From positions 2,356,001 to 2,420,000 of the forward strand of contig CM074817.1 of assembly GCA_037447605.1 (NCBI GenBank): a stretch of DNA of 64,000 bases, in the 5' to 3' direction. Under the pieces are notes generated by a model. It did no database searches, had not been told where the DNA came from, and saw nothing but the letters and a program-made list of their open reading frames with translations. This document shows, piece after piece, positions 30,701-47,613 of this stretch. This DNA comes from Zygnema circumcarinatum SAG 698-1b. Taxonomy: Eukaryota > Plantae > Zygnematophyceae. A program made the translations under genes and the position numbers. The first letter of the stretch is position 1. The number at the start of each line of letters is the position of its first letter.

Positions 30701-33700
30701 CATGGCCACAACAGTGCGCCGTCCGCCGCAGTCGACGCCGCGCCATTGGCAGAAGTTGGGCGTTGTGGCCACCCACGAGTCGAGCGCGCCGGAGGGGTCC
30801 GAAGTGATGCCGCTCTTGAACTGCAGGAGGGCGCTCGCTGCGGCACTCGCTGCAGGGGAAACGGAGACGAGCTTGAGGGAGGGAGGGAGGGACGGAGGGA
30901 GGGGAGGGAGGGGGAGAGAGGAAGGGATAACGGGAGAGAGGAGAGAAGGGGTTTGGAAGGAGGCACGAGACGAGGGGTGGATGGAGGGCAAGGGAGAGGG
31001 GAGGAAAAGCACGATGGTAAAGGGAAGGGAGGGAAGCGGAAATTTAGGGGGGTGGAGCGACGGACCGAGGAGCTGGGAGCGGGAAAGAAAGCGGGAGAGA
31101 AACAAAGAGGGTGAGGGAAGTGGGGAGGCGAGGGAGAGGAGAACAACGAAGGTGAGGCGAATGGGACAGTGAAACGGAAATGGGGGGCGCTAGAGGACGA
31201 AGGACAAGAATGAAGAGACGCGTGAGGGAGGGGGGAGAGAGAGAGAGAGGGCGACGAGGGGGGATTGTGGGGTACGTAGACAGAGAAAGAAAAAACGAGA
31301 AGAACGAAGGAGAGGAGAAGGGGGAGAGAAGGCGAGAAGGAGATGCGGAGGTGAAGAGAAGGAAGAGAGAGCGGAAGAGGTGGCGAGCGGAGAAAGATTT
31401 GCCTCAAGACTGAATTCGATTTTGTGACATGCTTGCTTGATTTTGAGAGCCAGATTGCATTCAATTTCCTTTAGGAAGGAGCAGCTCAGCGGATCCCCAC
31501 TCGAATTGCGAAACAAAATAGATACCAATTTTCAAAGATGGTCGTGTCTATGTTCATAGTTATCTGCACATAAGTTTTCCTTCGACCATTCATCATAGAT
31601 TCCTCAGTCATTTCAAGCATGTCGGAGCTTCTTGTACCTGGAAGAAGAGGACTGGGAGCAGGAGGACTGGGAGGAGGCGGACTGGGAGGAGGTGGACTGG
31701 GAGTAGGTCCACTGGGAGGTGGCTTTGGTACTGCACATGCATGAAGCGCAAGATTAAGGTCTCCAAAACGAGGCTTCACTGATGTTCGGAATTGTAATGG
31801 CTAATGTTTGATTCTTTTCTTAACTCACAATCCAATCAATTCTGAATTGAACTTTGAGTCTGACGCATAGTATAATTGGAAGCGCTCTCCATGGAGGAAG
31901 AAGAGCTCCAAGAAGCGACCCGATGAAGAAGTTGCGGAGAGAGTTCCCCTTGACTCACAAAGTGTTGTACAGTCTCTAGTGTTGTACAACAATAAGTACT
32001 AAGTTCTCATCCTAACTGATCTTTTTTCCTTTTAAGTGATGCACGAATATGCACTTGTTTGGCCTTCATAGGCTTGCAGGTGATATTGCTACTGAGGTTC
32101 CTCATGCATTCCTCTGATACAATAAACTGCGGTCTATAATCCATAAGTTCCACATGCATGGACACGATCCCACGTCCCTTTAACAAACCTTTGAAGGGAA
32201 AGATTTTGGTATAATATCGCAACGAGTTCCCCTTTTACCAAGTCCAGAGACTTAGTTTTGTGACGTAGTCTAACAAGCAGACACATATTGGGCAAACCGA
32301 GGGAGATACCGAGGGAGATAGAGAGGCTGGGGGAGCCGGAGAGAGGAGTGGGAAAGAGAGGAGTCGAAAAGTAAGAGGGTAAAGGGAGAGGGAAGGGAGC
32401 CAAGGTTGAGGGGGAAACGAAGGGGAGGGAAAACATGCGAGGAAAGAACTGTAGGTGAGGCGAGTGGGACAGACAGAAGAAGGGAGAGATGTAGAGGAAG
32501 AGGGAAAGGGAGGGGGAGCGGGAGGGAGAGGGAGGAGAGAGAGAGAGGGGGATGAGGGAAATGAGCGCAGGTTAAGGGGAAGATGGACGGGAAGAAGAAT
32601 GAAAAAGGAGAACGCGGGAAAGGGGAAGGAGGAGAAGGAGAGAAGTAGATGTGGAGGTAAACGAGAAAGGGCATGAGGAGGCAGAGAGTGCGGACTTGGC
32701 GGCGAGGGGGGAAGTTTTTTCTCAATTCTAAATTCGGTTCAGTGAAATGCTTGTTCCATATTGAGAGTCGACTTGCATTCACTTACCTTTCTTACAGGCA
32801 CAACCCAATTGATTCCCACTCAAATTATGATTCGACAATTATGTTTCTTCGGAAATTGGTCGTGTCTTTGTTTATCGTTTTCTGGTCGTGACAATTCTTT
32901 TGACCATTCATCGTGGCTTTCCTTGGTTACATCAAAAAATTCATGACTTCTTATACCTGAAGGAGGTGGAGGAACGGGAGGGAGGGGTGATGGAGGAGGT
33001 GGACGAATTGGGGGAGGAGAAGAAAGGAAAGAACTTGGAGGGAGAAGAACGGGAGGGCGAGGACTGGGAGGGAGAGCACAAGGAGGAGGTCGATTGGGAG
33101 GAGGTCGAGGGGGAGGTGGTTGGAGTGGTGCATTTGACACTGCACAAGCATGATGCGAAAGATCAAACATTTCGCATGAGGTCCATGTACATATGGCATG
33201 TCAACGAGTTTACAATATGTTCGGAATTCTAATTTGTAAACACGTGAGTAAGAGTTTACCTTTGGTACAAGTCCAATTACTAGATGTTGTGGCATAGCCT
33301 GAATCGCAGACGCATGTTGGGCGACCCGTAGTGTTTGAGCAGAGCCCGAAGCCGCCGCATGCACCGCCGGACTGAAGGGCGTTGCAAAATGCTGTGCACT
33401 CAGATACGTCCTTTTGTCCATTCCAGGGACAGGTGTCACTTGAAGACTCACCCAAACAGTTGGAAATCACATTCGGGCAGAAATAAAATCCTAGTGTGTA
33501 GAGAGTCAGTGGCTTTGCCATGAAGTTGTAACTGAAGTCAACAGACGGTACATTGTCTCCAAGGAAATTTATGATTTGCGACCCCGTAAAGAGATTATTG
33601 TTGACGTTCCTGTATCACATACATGCTTTTGTTAGCCAATTGTACACATCTGAAGCCAAAAGCAGAAACTCGTACGTGCTGCTTAGACATAAAGTTGACG

Positions 33701-36700
33701 TTTCAGAATAGTAACATTTGTGAAGTTTCCGAAGGGGGGAGAAAAACACACCTCTCCATAGAGGATTCTAAAAAGCTGTAATTTTTTCAGCCTTTTTTTA
33801 GACCTTGAGCCGGTTTACAACATAGCACAAGACTCGCCTTCACTCGTGGACTTTCACAGGCAAATGCTGAAGCACTCTGTTGAAAAATTCATGAATGCTG
33901 TTTTCTATTTACTCACAATCGGGCAAGGCTTCGGATGTTCCCGATGGGAGAAGGTATGAGGCCGCCGAATTGGTTATAGGATAAGTCCCTGCACAATAAG
34001 CAGACAAGAATATTTGAGATTGTAGACCACACATGTCTGCCTTCAATGTCTTGCATGTTGAAATAAAAACATTTGTACCGCTTATGTCATGAGGTTACTC
34101 AAGTTCTGAAGGATGTTCTCGGATTAGGACGTACAAATTCACAAGCTTCGTTAAGTTTGCGATGCTTGCAGGTATCTTGCCGGTGAAACTGTTATAAGAA
34201 ACATCACTGCGCACAAAAAGAAACCGACAGTGCTCAAACTTAGAAGCTCCCCACTAACATAGACATGCATCTGGCAAGCGCATAGTAAACAAGTCGTTCA
34301 AAATAGACGGTTTGAATTCAGGAAACGGACACATGTAGCCCCCATGATGGGATTAGGGTTCTTAAGGTAATTAGGGTTTTTAGGATTTTTAGGTCCAAGC
34401 ATGACAAGTCACAGGACGCCCTTAGTAAAAACTGTATTTCAGTACATCTCCAAGGTCTTGGATATCCGGAACTTAGCGGCCCAGTGGCGACAGCTTCTAT
34501 TCAGTGTGCTGCTTCAAGCTCGGTAAATATTCGAAACGGGGACGAGTTCGAGGTTGCGTGCTTACAGAGTGGCGAGTCCAATTAAGTTGCCAATTGTGGA
34601 AGGGATGGTATCCACCAAATAGTTGTGAGAAATACCTCTGCACTCAAATAAATGATTTTTTTTCACTTCTTATGAGCATGAATACTAAACAAAGACTTGG
34701 AAGCTGTCCTTCGGAAAACAAAAGGACTAGCCTTGTGAACATTGTGATCCAGCCTAAGGAAGCCAAAATTCGACGACTTTTTCATTTTCCAACTTCCATT
34801 GGAATGCTGCCCAAGAACTATCTTTCAGAAACGAAAAGCGCACTCGACAAGCGAAATATTTTCCAGATTCATGTGCGTTACGAGCAATTTGTATATTAGG
34901 CAAAGCTACAAGCGTACAAAGCCAATAAGAGAAATAGAAAAACAATCGATTAATGGAAGTGGTGAAATGAAGATTGGGATAGAGCTCAAAGTTGAATAGC
35001 CTCACAAATTGACAAGTTTCTTCATGTTTCCAATTGTCGTGGTCAGGTTGCCCGAGAAGTTGTTGTGAGACATATCTCTGTGTAAACAAGGGAATCGACA
35101 ATTTGAGTTGTGCTCTCAGATCCTAATCGAATACAATGCAAATCTCTTTCATGTTCAGAAAAAATATCAAAAACAGAAACAAGCGGCTCGTGACTGAATT
35201 CCAGTTTTTGAGATGTATCAACTCGATTTCAGGACTCACAGAGTGATGAGATTTGTCAGGTTTCCCACTGCGTCAGGGATGGTCCCCGATAGATTGTTGA
35301 AGGCAATATTTCTGAGCACACAAAGATATGGATACTTTTAACGTTGCAGGTACTGTTAGGTGCCATGCCAATACTAAACTAATCACTCACAAGTGTACCT
35401 AAAAACTTTAAATTAGAGTACAGTGCTTGGACACCCACGGAGCATACTGTAACAACAGTCAATACTTTCAAACTTGCGCTCACTAATTAGACAACTTTTT
35501 AAAACCCGCCCTTCAACAAGATCAGGATCATTCCCCGGAGAGTGTCTTTTTTTGAAAAACGACAATGCCCACATTACTTTCTGTCTTGATAACATCCGCA
35601 ACACCAAAGCGGCCACACTTTCCCTTGAGCTTACAGATATGTGAGGCTCGTTAGACCGCAAATTGTAGAAGGAAACTTGCCAGAGAATTGATTGTTATTG
35701 AGTTTCCTACACGGAGCAACAGAAACCATCATCAACATTTCGAGGTAGGGATGCTTGAAGACCAACAAAGTAAAGGTGGTCATGGGCTGATGCAGAGATG
35801 TATGCCGTCGAAAGCCATTTAGAAGGACGACAGCAGAAGCAAAAGGATGGCAGAGCTTCTTGCGACCTCAGGCTTTGTGAGGAGGCTGCCCCAGATGAGT
35901 CAAAATCAGCACATGAAGGAACCTTTGCAAACTTTGAGAACCTTTGATGTGGCACTTCATTATTTAGCGAATGACAAGTTGAGTGTTGGACTGTCAAGCA
36001 TAGCGCAAAAAGTGTGTTGTTGACTTGTCAGTTTGATAGTGGTGAAGTCTTGGCTCTGCTCTGGCCTTACAAGTAAGTGAGGTTCCGTAATGCTCCGAGT
36101 TGTGCTGGCAAGGCGCCAGTCAAAGAGTTGGAAGACAAGTCCCTGCTCCCATTGACATGAGCTGTGTACCAATCAGCACAGCAATAGAGCGGGTTCCCAA
36201 TGCTGAATGAGGAAACCTATTTCACAGTACAAATGGTGATGTGAAAAGACTCACCTCAGGCACAATCAGCACATAAAAAAACCTTTGGGAACTTCGAGAA
36301 TCTTTATATGACATCTAAATGACTTAGCGAATGACAAGTTGAGAGTTTGATAGCCAAGCATGAGCGCAGAGAGTGTGCTGTTGAGCTGTCTGTTTGAGGG
36401 TGATGAAGTGCTGGTTCTGCTTTTGGCTTACAAGGTAGTGAGGTTGCGTAATGCTCCGATTTGTGCTGGCAAGGCGCCGGTCAGATAGTTTTTAGACCAG
36501 TCCCTGCTCTCATTGACAATTTGACATGAGCAGTGCACCGATCAGCACAGCAACAGAGCGAGTTCCAAATGATCTGAATACAATGAAAGCGGCGTACGGT
36601 AATACAATGGTAGAATACAATGGTACAATTCAAGGTATTGGTCGTTTTCCAGCACAAATTATTCCGATTTAGATCTTCGATGCACATAATGCGCCGTGAA

Positions 36701-37547
36701 CCCTTGACGAGCAGAAGGCATGTGAGACATGTGAGAGCGAGCTGGAGGGCAGAGGGCCGGCAAGAGGGGCCGTATCCTACAGGATCTGAAGGCGCGAAAG
36801 GCCGCCTATCTCCACACCGATTGTTCCGGTGAGAGAGAAGTACGGCCAAGATGAGATGTTCCTGCACATGGAGCGTACCCTCTCATAAAAGTGATGCAAG
36901 GAAATGCGACGGAGAGTCGTGACCTGGACCGGTACACGGTCTGTTCTCTTCAAGTCTAAGAACCAACCAGCAAGATGCGCGAATATTTCGCAAACTCTTT
37001 GTGCGCGCAGGCATGCTCTCAGAGGTCATTTATTCAAAACTGTCCTATGCATGTGGGTGCAAGAAGGAACAGTTTCTCATTTTTGATGTTTTACATTCAC
37101 TCGTGCTAAATACGTCAGAAATTTTCTCCATTTTTTTTGAGGTCACAGCCTGCGAGTCGTCATTACAGAGTGGCTCCTGGAAGCCATGGCTGGCTCCTCT
37201 CCCTCTACCCCTCAGCCTCCACTGCCGCCATTACCACTCTCACGACTAATACCCCAAACCCCTCTCCATATCCGTCTCCCGGCCTCTCTCTCTCTCGCTC
37301 GCTCCCTCTCCCATACTCACTCTCTCTCCCTCCCCCACTCTTGCACTATTGCCGGCGCTCACCATGCGATGATGCGTCCGTCGCCATCGCATGTAATGAA
37401 GGGGAGCCGCGTCTCGCATTGCTCCCCGGTTTCAAACCATGTACCGACACGCGGCAAGATCATGGGCAGCCACGCGGCATTCAGAGTGAGCCCTGCGCAG
37501 CCAATGGCACAAGAACAATGTGTTGTTGGCCACAATAAGTCGGTCAT
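27751..37547 (-). CDS. Extracellular LRR protein with two LRRNT-LRR-EGF-like modules joined by Pro-rich (extensin-like) exons
   Basis: About 72-nt one-LRR exons (DLSSNSLTGALPAQLGALRNLTYL, DLSYNQFGGLIPSPIGNIRSLARL, DLSSNNLVGEIPTSIGNLTNLTSL), a cap exon ALLQFKSGITSDPSGALDSW…CQWRGVDC, and Cys-rich exons (CGGFGLCSNTTGRPTCVCDSGY; CNGNGFCSFQNVPACTCNAGF). Both ends uncertain; an alternative read-through stop lies at 28147. Confidence 0.8.
30459..30668. mobile_element. 210-bp MITE with 23-bp perfect TIRs and TA target duplication (Tc1/mariner-Stowaway-like), intronic
   Basis: GGGGGAGTCAGACATTGACCATG at 30459 and its reverse complement ending at 30668; TA at 30457-30458 and 30669-30670. Confidence 0.88.
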
Positions 37548-37939
37548 GCGGTCATGCACGGTCCAACTCAGGGCGGATTTAGGGTTTTGATTTGGGGGGG
37601 GTTGACTCATGAGTTCGGAAAAGAAATTTGAAATTCGAGGGTGCGTATTTTTGCTATTCAACCTTCAAATGCGGTCAGTGGTGAGGCCATCATCATCATG
37701 GCCATGAGTTTTTTTTTTTTTCATCGCCATCTCGGCATGCAAAAGGAAGCGCAAGCTGTGGCTTTAAATTATCCGTCCAAAAAATATAATACTTATAAAA
37801 AGGAGAAGAAAAAAAACAGCAAGGCAAGGCATAATGCAGCGACGGCTACATGCGGCAGTTCTTTCCCCCTTTCAGTTCCACGCAAGCTGCGACTGTTGTA
37901 AATTAAGGCCCGGTCCGTCTCACTCACTTCACTCACTGC

Positions 37940-38743
37940 CATGTTTGCAATCTGAATCAAGGAAAGCTCTCAAGTGCACACACTGAAAGATAACTGAAAT
38001 CAAACGAGCAAAAAACACCGTAAGGAAATGTAAGGAGAAAGCACCCGGCCTCAAAACTCCTTAATAAAGTAAAGGAAGTTACAAGCACAAGTTTCAGCCC
38101 TCAGGCTTCTACTTCAGCTCTGACTAACTCCCGAACCCCTGCTGCCCATACAGCCAGGAAACCGCACTTAGCAACACGAGCTAAGCTGCGGCTGTATTAG
38201 AATATATATTACCTAAGCCTAACTCTACTTAAGTACTAAGCGTTGCACTACTCCTCCACGTTCTAATGCATGCCATGTCTCGCCACCGCGCTGCACCGCA
38301 CGCCGCCGCGTTCCACCGCGCACCTCCATGTCGCTGGCGACGCTCCACGTCTCCAGGCGCTCGCCTCTCTCCTCGCGGTAACTCCTCCTTAGGTCGCCAT
38401 GGCCAGGAGGGGGAGTGTCCGTACAGAAAGCTCCTCCTCCGACTTGCCTTCCTTCGAGAAGCTTCCTCGACAACGCGCGCGCCACTCCAGCGTTCGTCCG
38501 TACGCACCGGACTAATGTACGGTCGACCCAAAGAAACAATAAGCAAACCTAAGGTGTTCGCGCAGCCTATCGCTGAGCGCCACGTGTCATAACTATCCTT
38601 AAGCGACTCTGAATATCTCCAGTGTCGACGCGGCCTATAGCCGCTCGCCACGTGGCCAGAGACTAATTCTGCGCGTTCCCACTACGAGACTAAGACTGTC
38701 GGTCAGTCCACATCCGGACCGAATCTCCTAAGGACCTTTGACA
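37940..38743 (-). mobile_element. Probable solo LTR related to the 1432-2208 LTR
   Basis: Minus strand starts TGTCAAAGG and shares the segment cttgtaa…cctt…ttattaa(t)ggagtttt…ggc…gctttctcc with the first LTR. ACTGC occurs on both flanks (37935-37939, 38744-38748). The 3' terminus is non-canonical. Confidence 0.55.
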
Positions 38744-38869
38744 ACTGCTAAGGACCGTACGGTGTACAGTTCGGGGCTATACCCCTATTGTACACATCAG
38801 CGACATGGAGTTGCGCCGCAACACGACAAAAGTGAGGCCCTCACGGTCGCCCTCGTCCACGACCACCCC

Positions 38870-38995
38870 CGCCACGCGCGGAATTCCGTACAGTCCATAG
38901 AGTCCGTACAGGGCCAGTGCCAGCACGACCACTGGCAGCGCGCCACGTGCCATGTCGAGGCGCAGCCACGTGGCAAGCAGCCCACGTGGCAGGCG
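38870..38995. promoter_or_regulatory. G-box cluster
   Basis: gccacgtgcc, gccacgtggc and cccacgtggc within ~55 bp; target gene unclear. Confidence 0.4.
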
Positions 38996-40424
38996 GGCGG
39001 GCTGCCGCGGCGCAGCGGAACTCAGGGTTTTGCCGAACGCGGCAAAGGTGAAAGTTCCCGCGGCTGTGCGCGGTCAATCCGCCAATCAGATGTCCGCTTC
39101 ACACGTATGAAAGCTACTCGCACGTGCGAGCATTGCTCATATTGAGCTTAAAATATTTCGATGTTGGGCCGTGCGATGAATGCGAAGGAGGTGAGGGGTT
39201 TGAGCGCGCGCGCTGAAGCCCTGAACCCTGCCTTAACCCTAAATCCTGAAACATAAGTGCCCGACCTTCTGCGCCGCGTGAGACCGCTTGTGCCATGTAA
39301 CGATTCAACTTCGCACATTTTAGACTTTGTTTCGAGTTTACAGACCGGCTTCACCCAACTCTGCAACATGGGGGGCGTCTCCTCATGGGATATGGGAGAT
39401 GGGGGGAGGGGAGAGGGAGGGAGGGAGGGACGGAGAGAGAGAGGGAGGGGAGAAAGAAAGACGGATGAGGGAAGGAGAGAGAGGGGGAGGGAGAGCGAGG
39501 GAGGTTGAGAAAGGGAGAGACGGATGGAGAGGGAGGGACGGAGAGAGAGAGGGAGGCAGAGAAAGGACGAGACGGAGGGAGGGGGAGGGAAGGAGAGAGA
39601 GGGGGGGAGAGAGAGTGAGAGTGGGAGGGAGAGTGCAAAGGAGAGGGAGAGCGAGACGAAGTGGGAGGAAAGGAGACAGGCAGGGAGAGGGAGGGAAAAC
39701 GGAGAGAGTGGGAGAGGTAGGGAAGACAGAGAGGGGGAGGGAGAAAAGGGAGGGAGAGGGAGGTCGAGCGGGATGGAAAGACGGAGGGAGAAACGAAGGG
39801 AGGGGGAGGCAGGGAAGGAGGGAGAGAATTACGGTCATGTGTTTAAGAAATGCCTCACATGCCTGAGTATGGCAAAAAAGGAAAAGATGGCTTATGATTC
39901 GCAAGTGACAAGCTACTGAAAAAATCAACGAGAAAAAAGCTGCGTAAATCTCTAAAAAAGTGAAACGGGTTTTCTTAGTTGGTTGAAAGGCATGATCTGC
40001 CAAAACAAATTTCTTGCATACACACAAGGTGGAATTAACCATGAAAATGGGCAAAAAATCAGAAATTCAATTTCTGAATGCCAAGAATAAAAAATTTCAT
40101 GTTCGCTGCTTGCCCTCCCACACAAGTAATGAATCAATTAATCAAATAAGTACGATAACTCCATATACGCAAATACACTAATTGGCGTCACCCATTGGGG
40201 ACTGACTGCCCCTTAGAAGCTCTGCCCCATAGAAACTTTTTAACTCCAAAAAAGTGCTCTTGAACATCTGCCATTCGTTGGCTTTCGACGTACCCGATAC
40301 CCTTCATAGTGTGAAAGCCCAAAGTAAACACCCTCGATAAAGTCACCCCTCGATAAAGTCAACAATATCGACAGAGTCTATGTATACCCTCGATACGTTA
40401 GTCGCCCTCGATATATCCGATACG

Positions 40425-42185
40425 TCAGGCGATATCGGCGGCGGCGATGGCTCGCAGGAGGGCGGGGAGCGGCGCGGCGGCGAAGAGCGAGGCGGGGTAG
40501 ACGGCGGAGCCCCAGCGCGGGTGCAGCGCCACCTGGCAGCACCCCGCGTTCGCGCACGCGAAGCCGAGGAGCGTGCGCAGACCGTCCACTTCGCTGTACG
40601 GCATGTTGCTGCGCCGCTGGATCATCTGTACGGCCGCCCGCCCGCCCCCGAACAATGAAAAAGAATAGCGGGTTTTAGGGTTTTGAAGGGAGGAGGGAGG
40701 GAGGGGGAGAACGAGAGTAACAGGGAGAGGGAGAGAGGGAGAGGGCGAGGGAGAAGAAGAGGGAGAGGGAGCGAGGGGGGGAGAGTGAGGGGGAGAATGG
40801 GAGAGAGATAGAGGAAGGGGACAGAGAGGAAGAACGAGGGAGAGAGAGGGGGAAAGAGTGGGAGAGGGAGGTAGAAAGAGAAAGAGAGACAATGGTGGTC
40901 TTACAGGAAGGCCGGAGCATGGATCAATGTAATCCGCAAAATAGCCGTCCTTAATCAAAGTGTCGCATACCGCCTTTGCCCACCCCACAAACTGCATCAC
41001 AAAAAGTGATGTAACCAATGTCAAACTGTGATGTAGATGCAACGCATCGACATAATGCAGTCGCTTCGGTGCCATCATGCAGGCCCCCTTCGGCCTCCAT
41101 ACGTGCAGTATGGCTCAACATACAGACCAGTCATGTCTTGATACTCCCATTTTACAAACATTTATTGACACATAACCCATTTGAAAAACCCCATTTAAAA
41201 AAGACCCGTTTGAAAAAAATCCATTTGAAAAAAAACCCATTTGAAAAAACTCCATTTGAAAAAAACGCATTTGAAGAAACCCCACTTAGAAGAACCCAAT
41301 TTGAATAAACCCCATTTGAAAAAACCCCATGTGAAGAAACCCTAATAGGAAGTGGGTCCCACAGATTCCAAGAGACGGTCCTTCTCGTCCTCCACGACCT
41401 CCCCCGTGCGCACTAAGTCCACGGCGGCGTTCTGGCACGTGGGAACGATCAAAAGGGAATTTGGATCCTGCCCGGGAAATATCGCGGCAAGGTCGCTGCG
41501 GTACTGGCGCGGGCAGCCTAAAAAAGATCCAAAAAAAAAAATACAATGATGATGGGTAGGTCTATTTACAAATGTACCCTTTGGATTGGGTTGCATAGGT
41601 TCGAATCAGCGTGCATTCGAATTTCGAGTTTTAAAGGTTGAAATTAGTTCCAAGGGAATGAGAACCATTGGAAAAATCAAGGTGTAATGGATTCATAATA
41701 TGAATTTAAGGAAGATAAAGGTGCCAACAAACGTGAAGGTTACACGACCCTAAAGTAACCCAAGATTTTTTTCGATCACTTGAAAAAAATAAAACCGACA
41801 AAATTTTCAACAGAAAAAGGAGACTGAATTCTAAAACGCCAGCCTTTCAACTCATAAACCCTAAATTTCTGAACCCCACCAAAGTCTTCGAGTAATGCCC
41901 CTACGCCCCTGAAAGCTGCCCCTCCAGCTATCAGAATCCAGCGAACCCCAAACCCCAAACCCCAAACCCTTACCCTAACTGTATAAATCCTAAACTCTCA
42001 CTCTGAACCCTAACCCGAAATCCTAACCTTCAACCGTAAACCCTAACTCCAAACCTCAACCCTAAAACCCTTCTCAGACCCTGCAACGTGGCTTTCTTAC
42101 AGTGCACGGAGTACTCCATTCCGCCACGTGTCGCCATCACGTCCGTCAAAGCGTACGGACCACGCCGGGGGGCGTCGGCCGACAT
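40425..42185 (-). CDS. MMADHC: MMADHC/CblD-like cobalamin-trafficking protein, 4 exons
   Basis: GMEYSVH-CPRQYRSDLAAIFPG…LLIVPTCQNAAVDLV…EDEKDRLLES/FVGWAKAVCDTL…YFADYIDPCSGLP/…YSEVDG…LLG…AGCCQVALHPRWGSAVYPASLFAAAP matches the PF10229 pattern. Confidence 0.88.
41175..41345. repeat. ~16-bp minisatellite (CCCATTTGAAAAAAA-like, about 11 copies) in an MMADHC intron
   Basis: Tandem units read directly. Confidence 0.8.
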
Positions 42186-42354
42186 GACGCCACGTGGCAG
42201 GCTCGCGCACCTGCTGACCTGACTGCTGACGTGGCAACGTCTACGCTCGCAGCCCCTTGGATGGTGCCACGTGGCAGCTCTCAGTAGCCCTCTCCCTCCG
42301 GCGACCGAACAGGGCCCGTTCACACGCGCTCAAATTTACGGAACATTGGGAAGG

Positions 42355-42645
42355 CGATACGATATGGTACAATATTATACAATACGATACGGTATATTGT
42401 TGACGGTACGATACGGTACATCTAACCAGAGTATCATACAATATATCTTAAACGGCAAGATAGGATACAGGAAGCAAAATACGATACGATATGTTATTAC
42501 AGTACGATACGATATACTAAAACACAATCCGATACGATATAGTTTTAAAGTACGATACGATACAACTAATCACATTACAATACGATATATTGTTAAGGGT
42601 GCGATACGATACATATCTTATCACAGTACGATATATATATCTTAA
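42355..42645. repeat. Degenerate (GATAC)n array between the divergent MMADHC and RPN7 genes
   Basis: Repeated acgatacgat motifs; a second short array lies at ~53645-53700. Confidence 0.7.
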
Positions 42646-43155
42646 TTCCGATACACATAGAGCCAGTTAACGCGTGAACGACCGTTCAGTAAAGCTCCGT
42701 CTCACACGTGTGGTAAGTGGTCCGGAAATTTCCCTGTTCACAGTGGGCCTGCTTGATGCTGCAGGGGGGAAGGGCCCATAGAGTCAACAGCAACAAGAGG
42801 AGGAAGGAGGAGCGGTGGGCAGCCATAGCTCGCACCTCCTGCACAGCCCTCCTCCGCCTCCCCCATCACCGAACATCTCTAAAAACCAAATCAAATCACC
42901 GCACTTTCTTTCTTGCAAGCAACAACACGATCCAATTTCTCGCAATTTTCAGTTCCTTCCTGCAATTCTGCATTTTAGGGTTGGGAGCGATTTAGGGATT
43001 GGAGAATTTTAGCCCCTCTCTCTCTCTCTCTCTCTCTCTTCTCTCCTGCTCCCCCCTGTCCTCCACCACTCCTGCCGCTCCCCTCTCCCTCTCTCTCTCT
43101 CGCTCTCCCCACTCTCTCTCTCTCCCAACTGCTTGATCAACTCCCCCCGGCAGCC

Positions 43156-47613
<4,458 letters not shown>

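Noticed and set aside
41596-41635. tRNA-like GGTTCGAATC motif
   Set aside because: No cloverleaf, A-box or acceptor stem around it.
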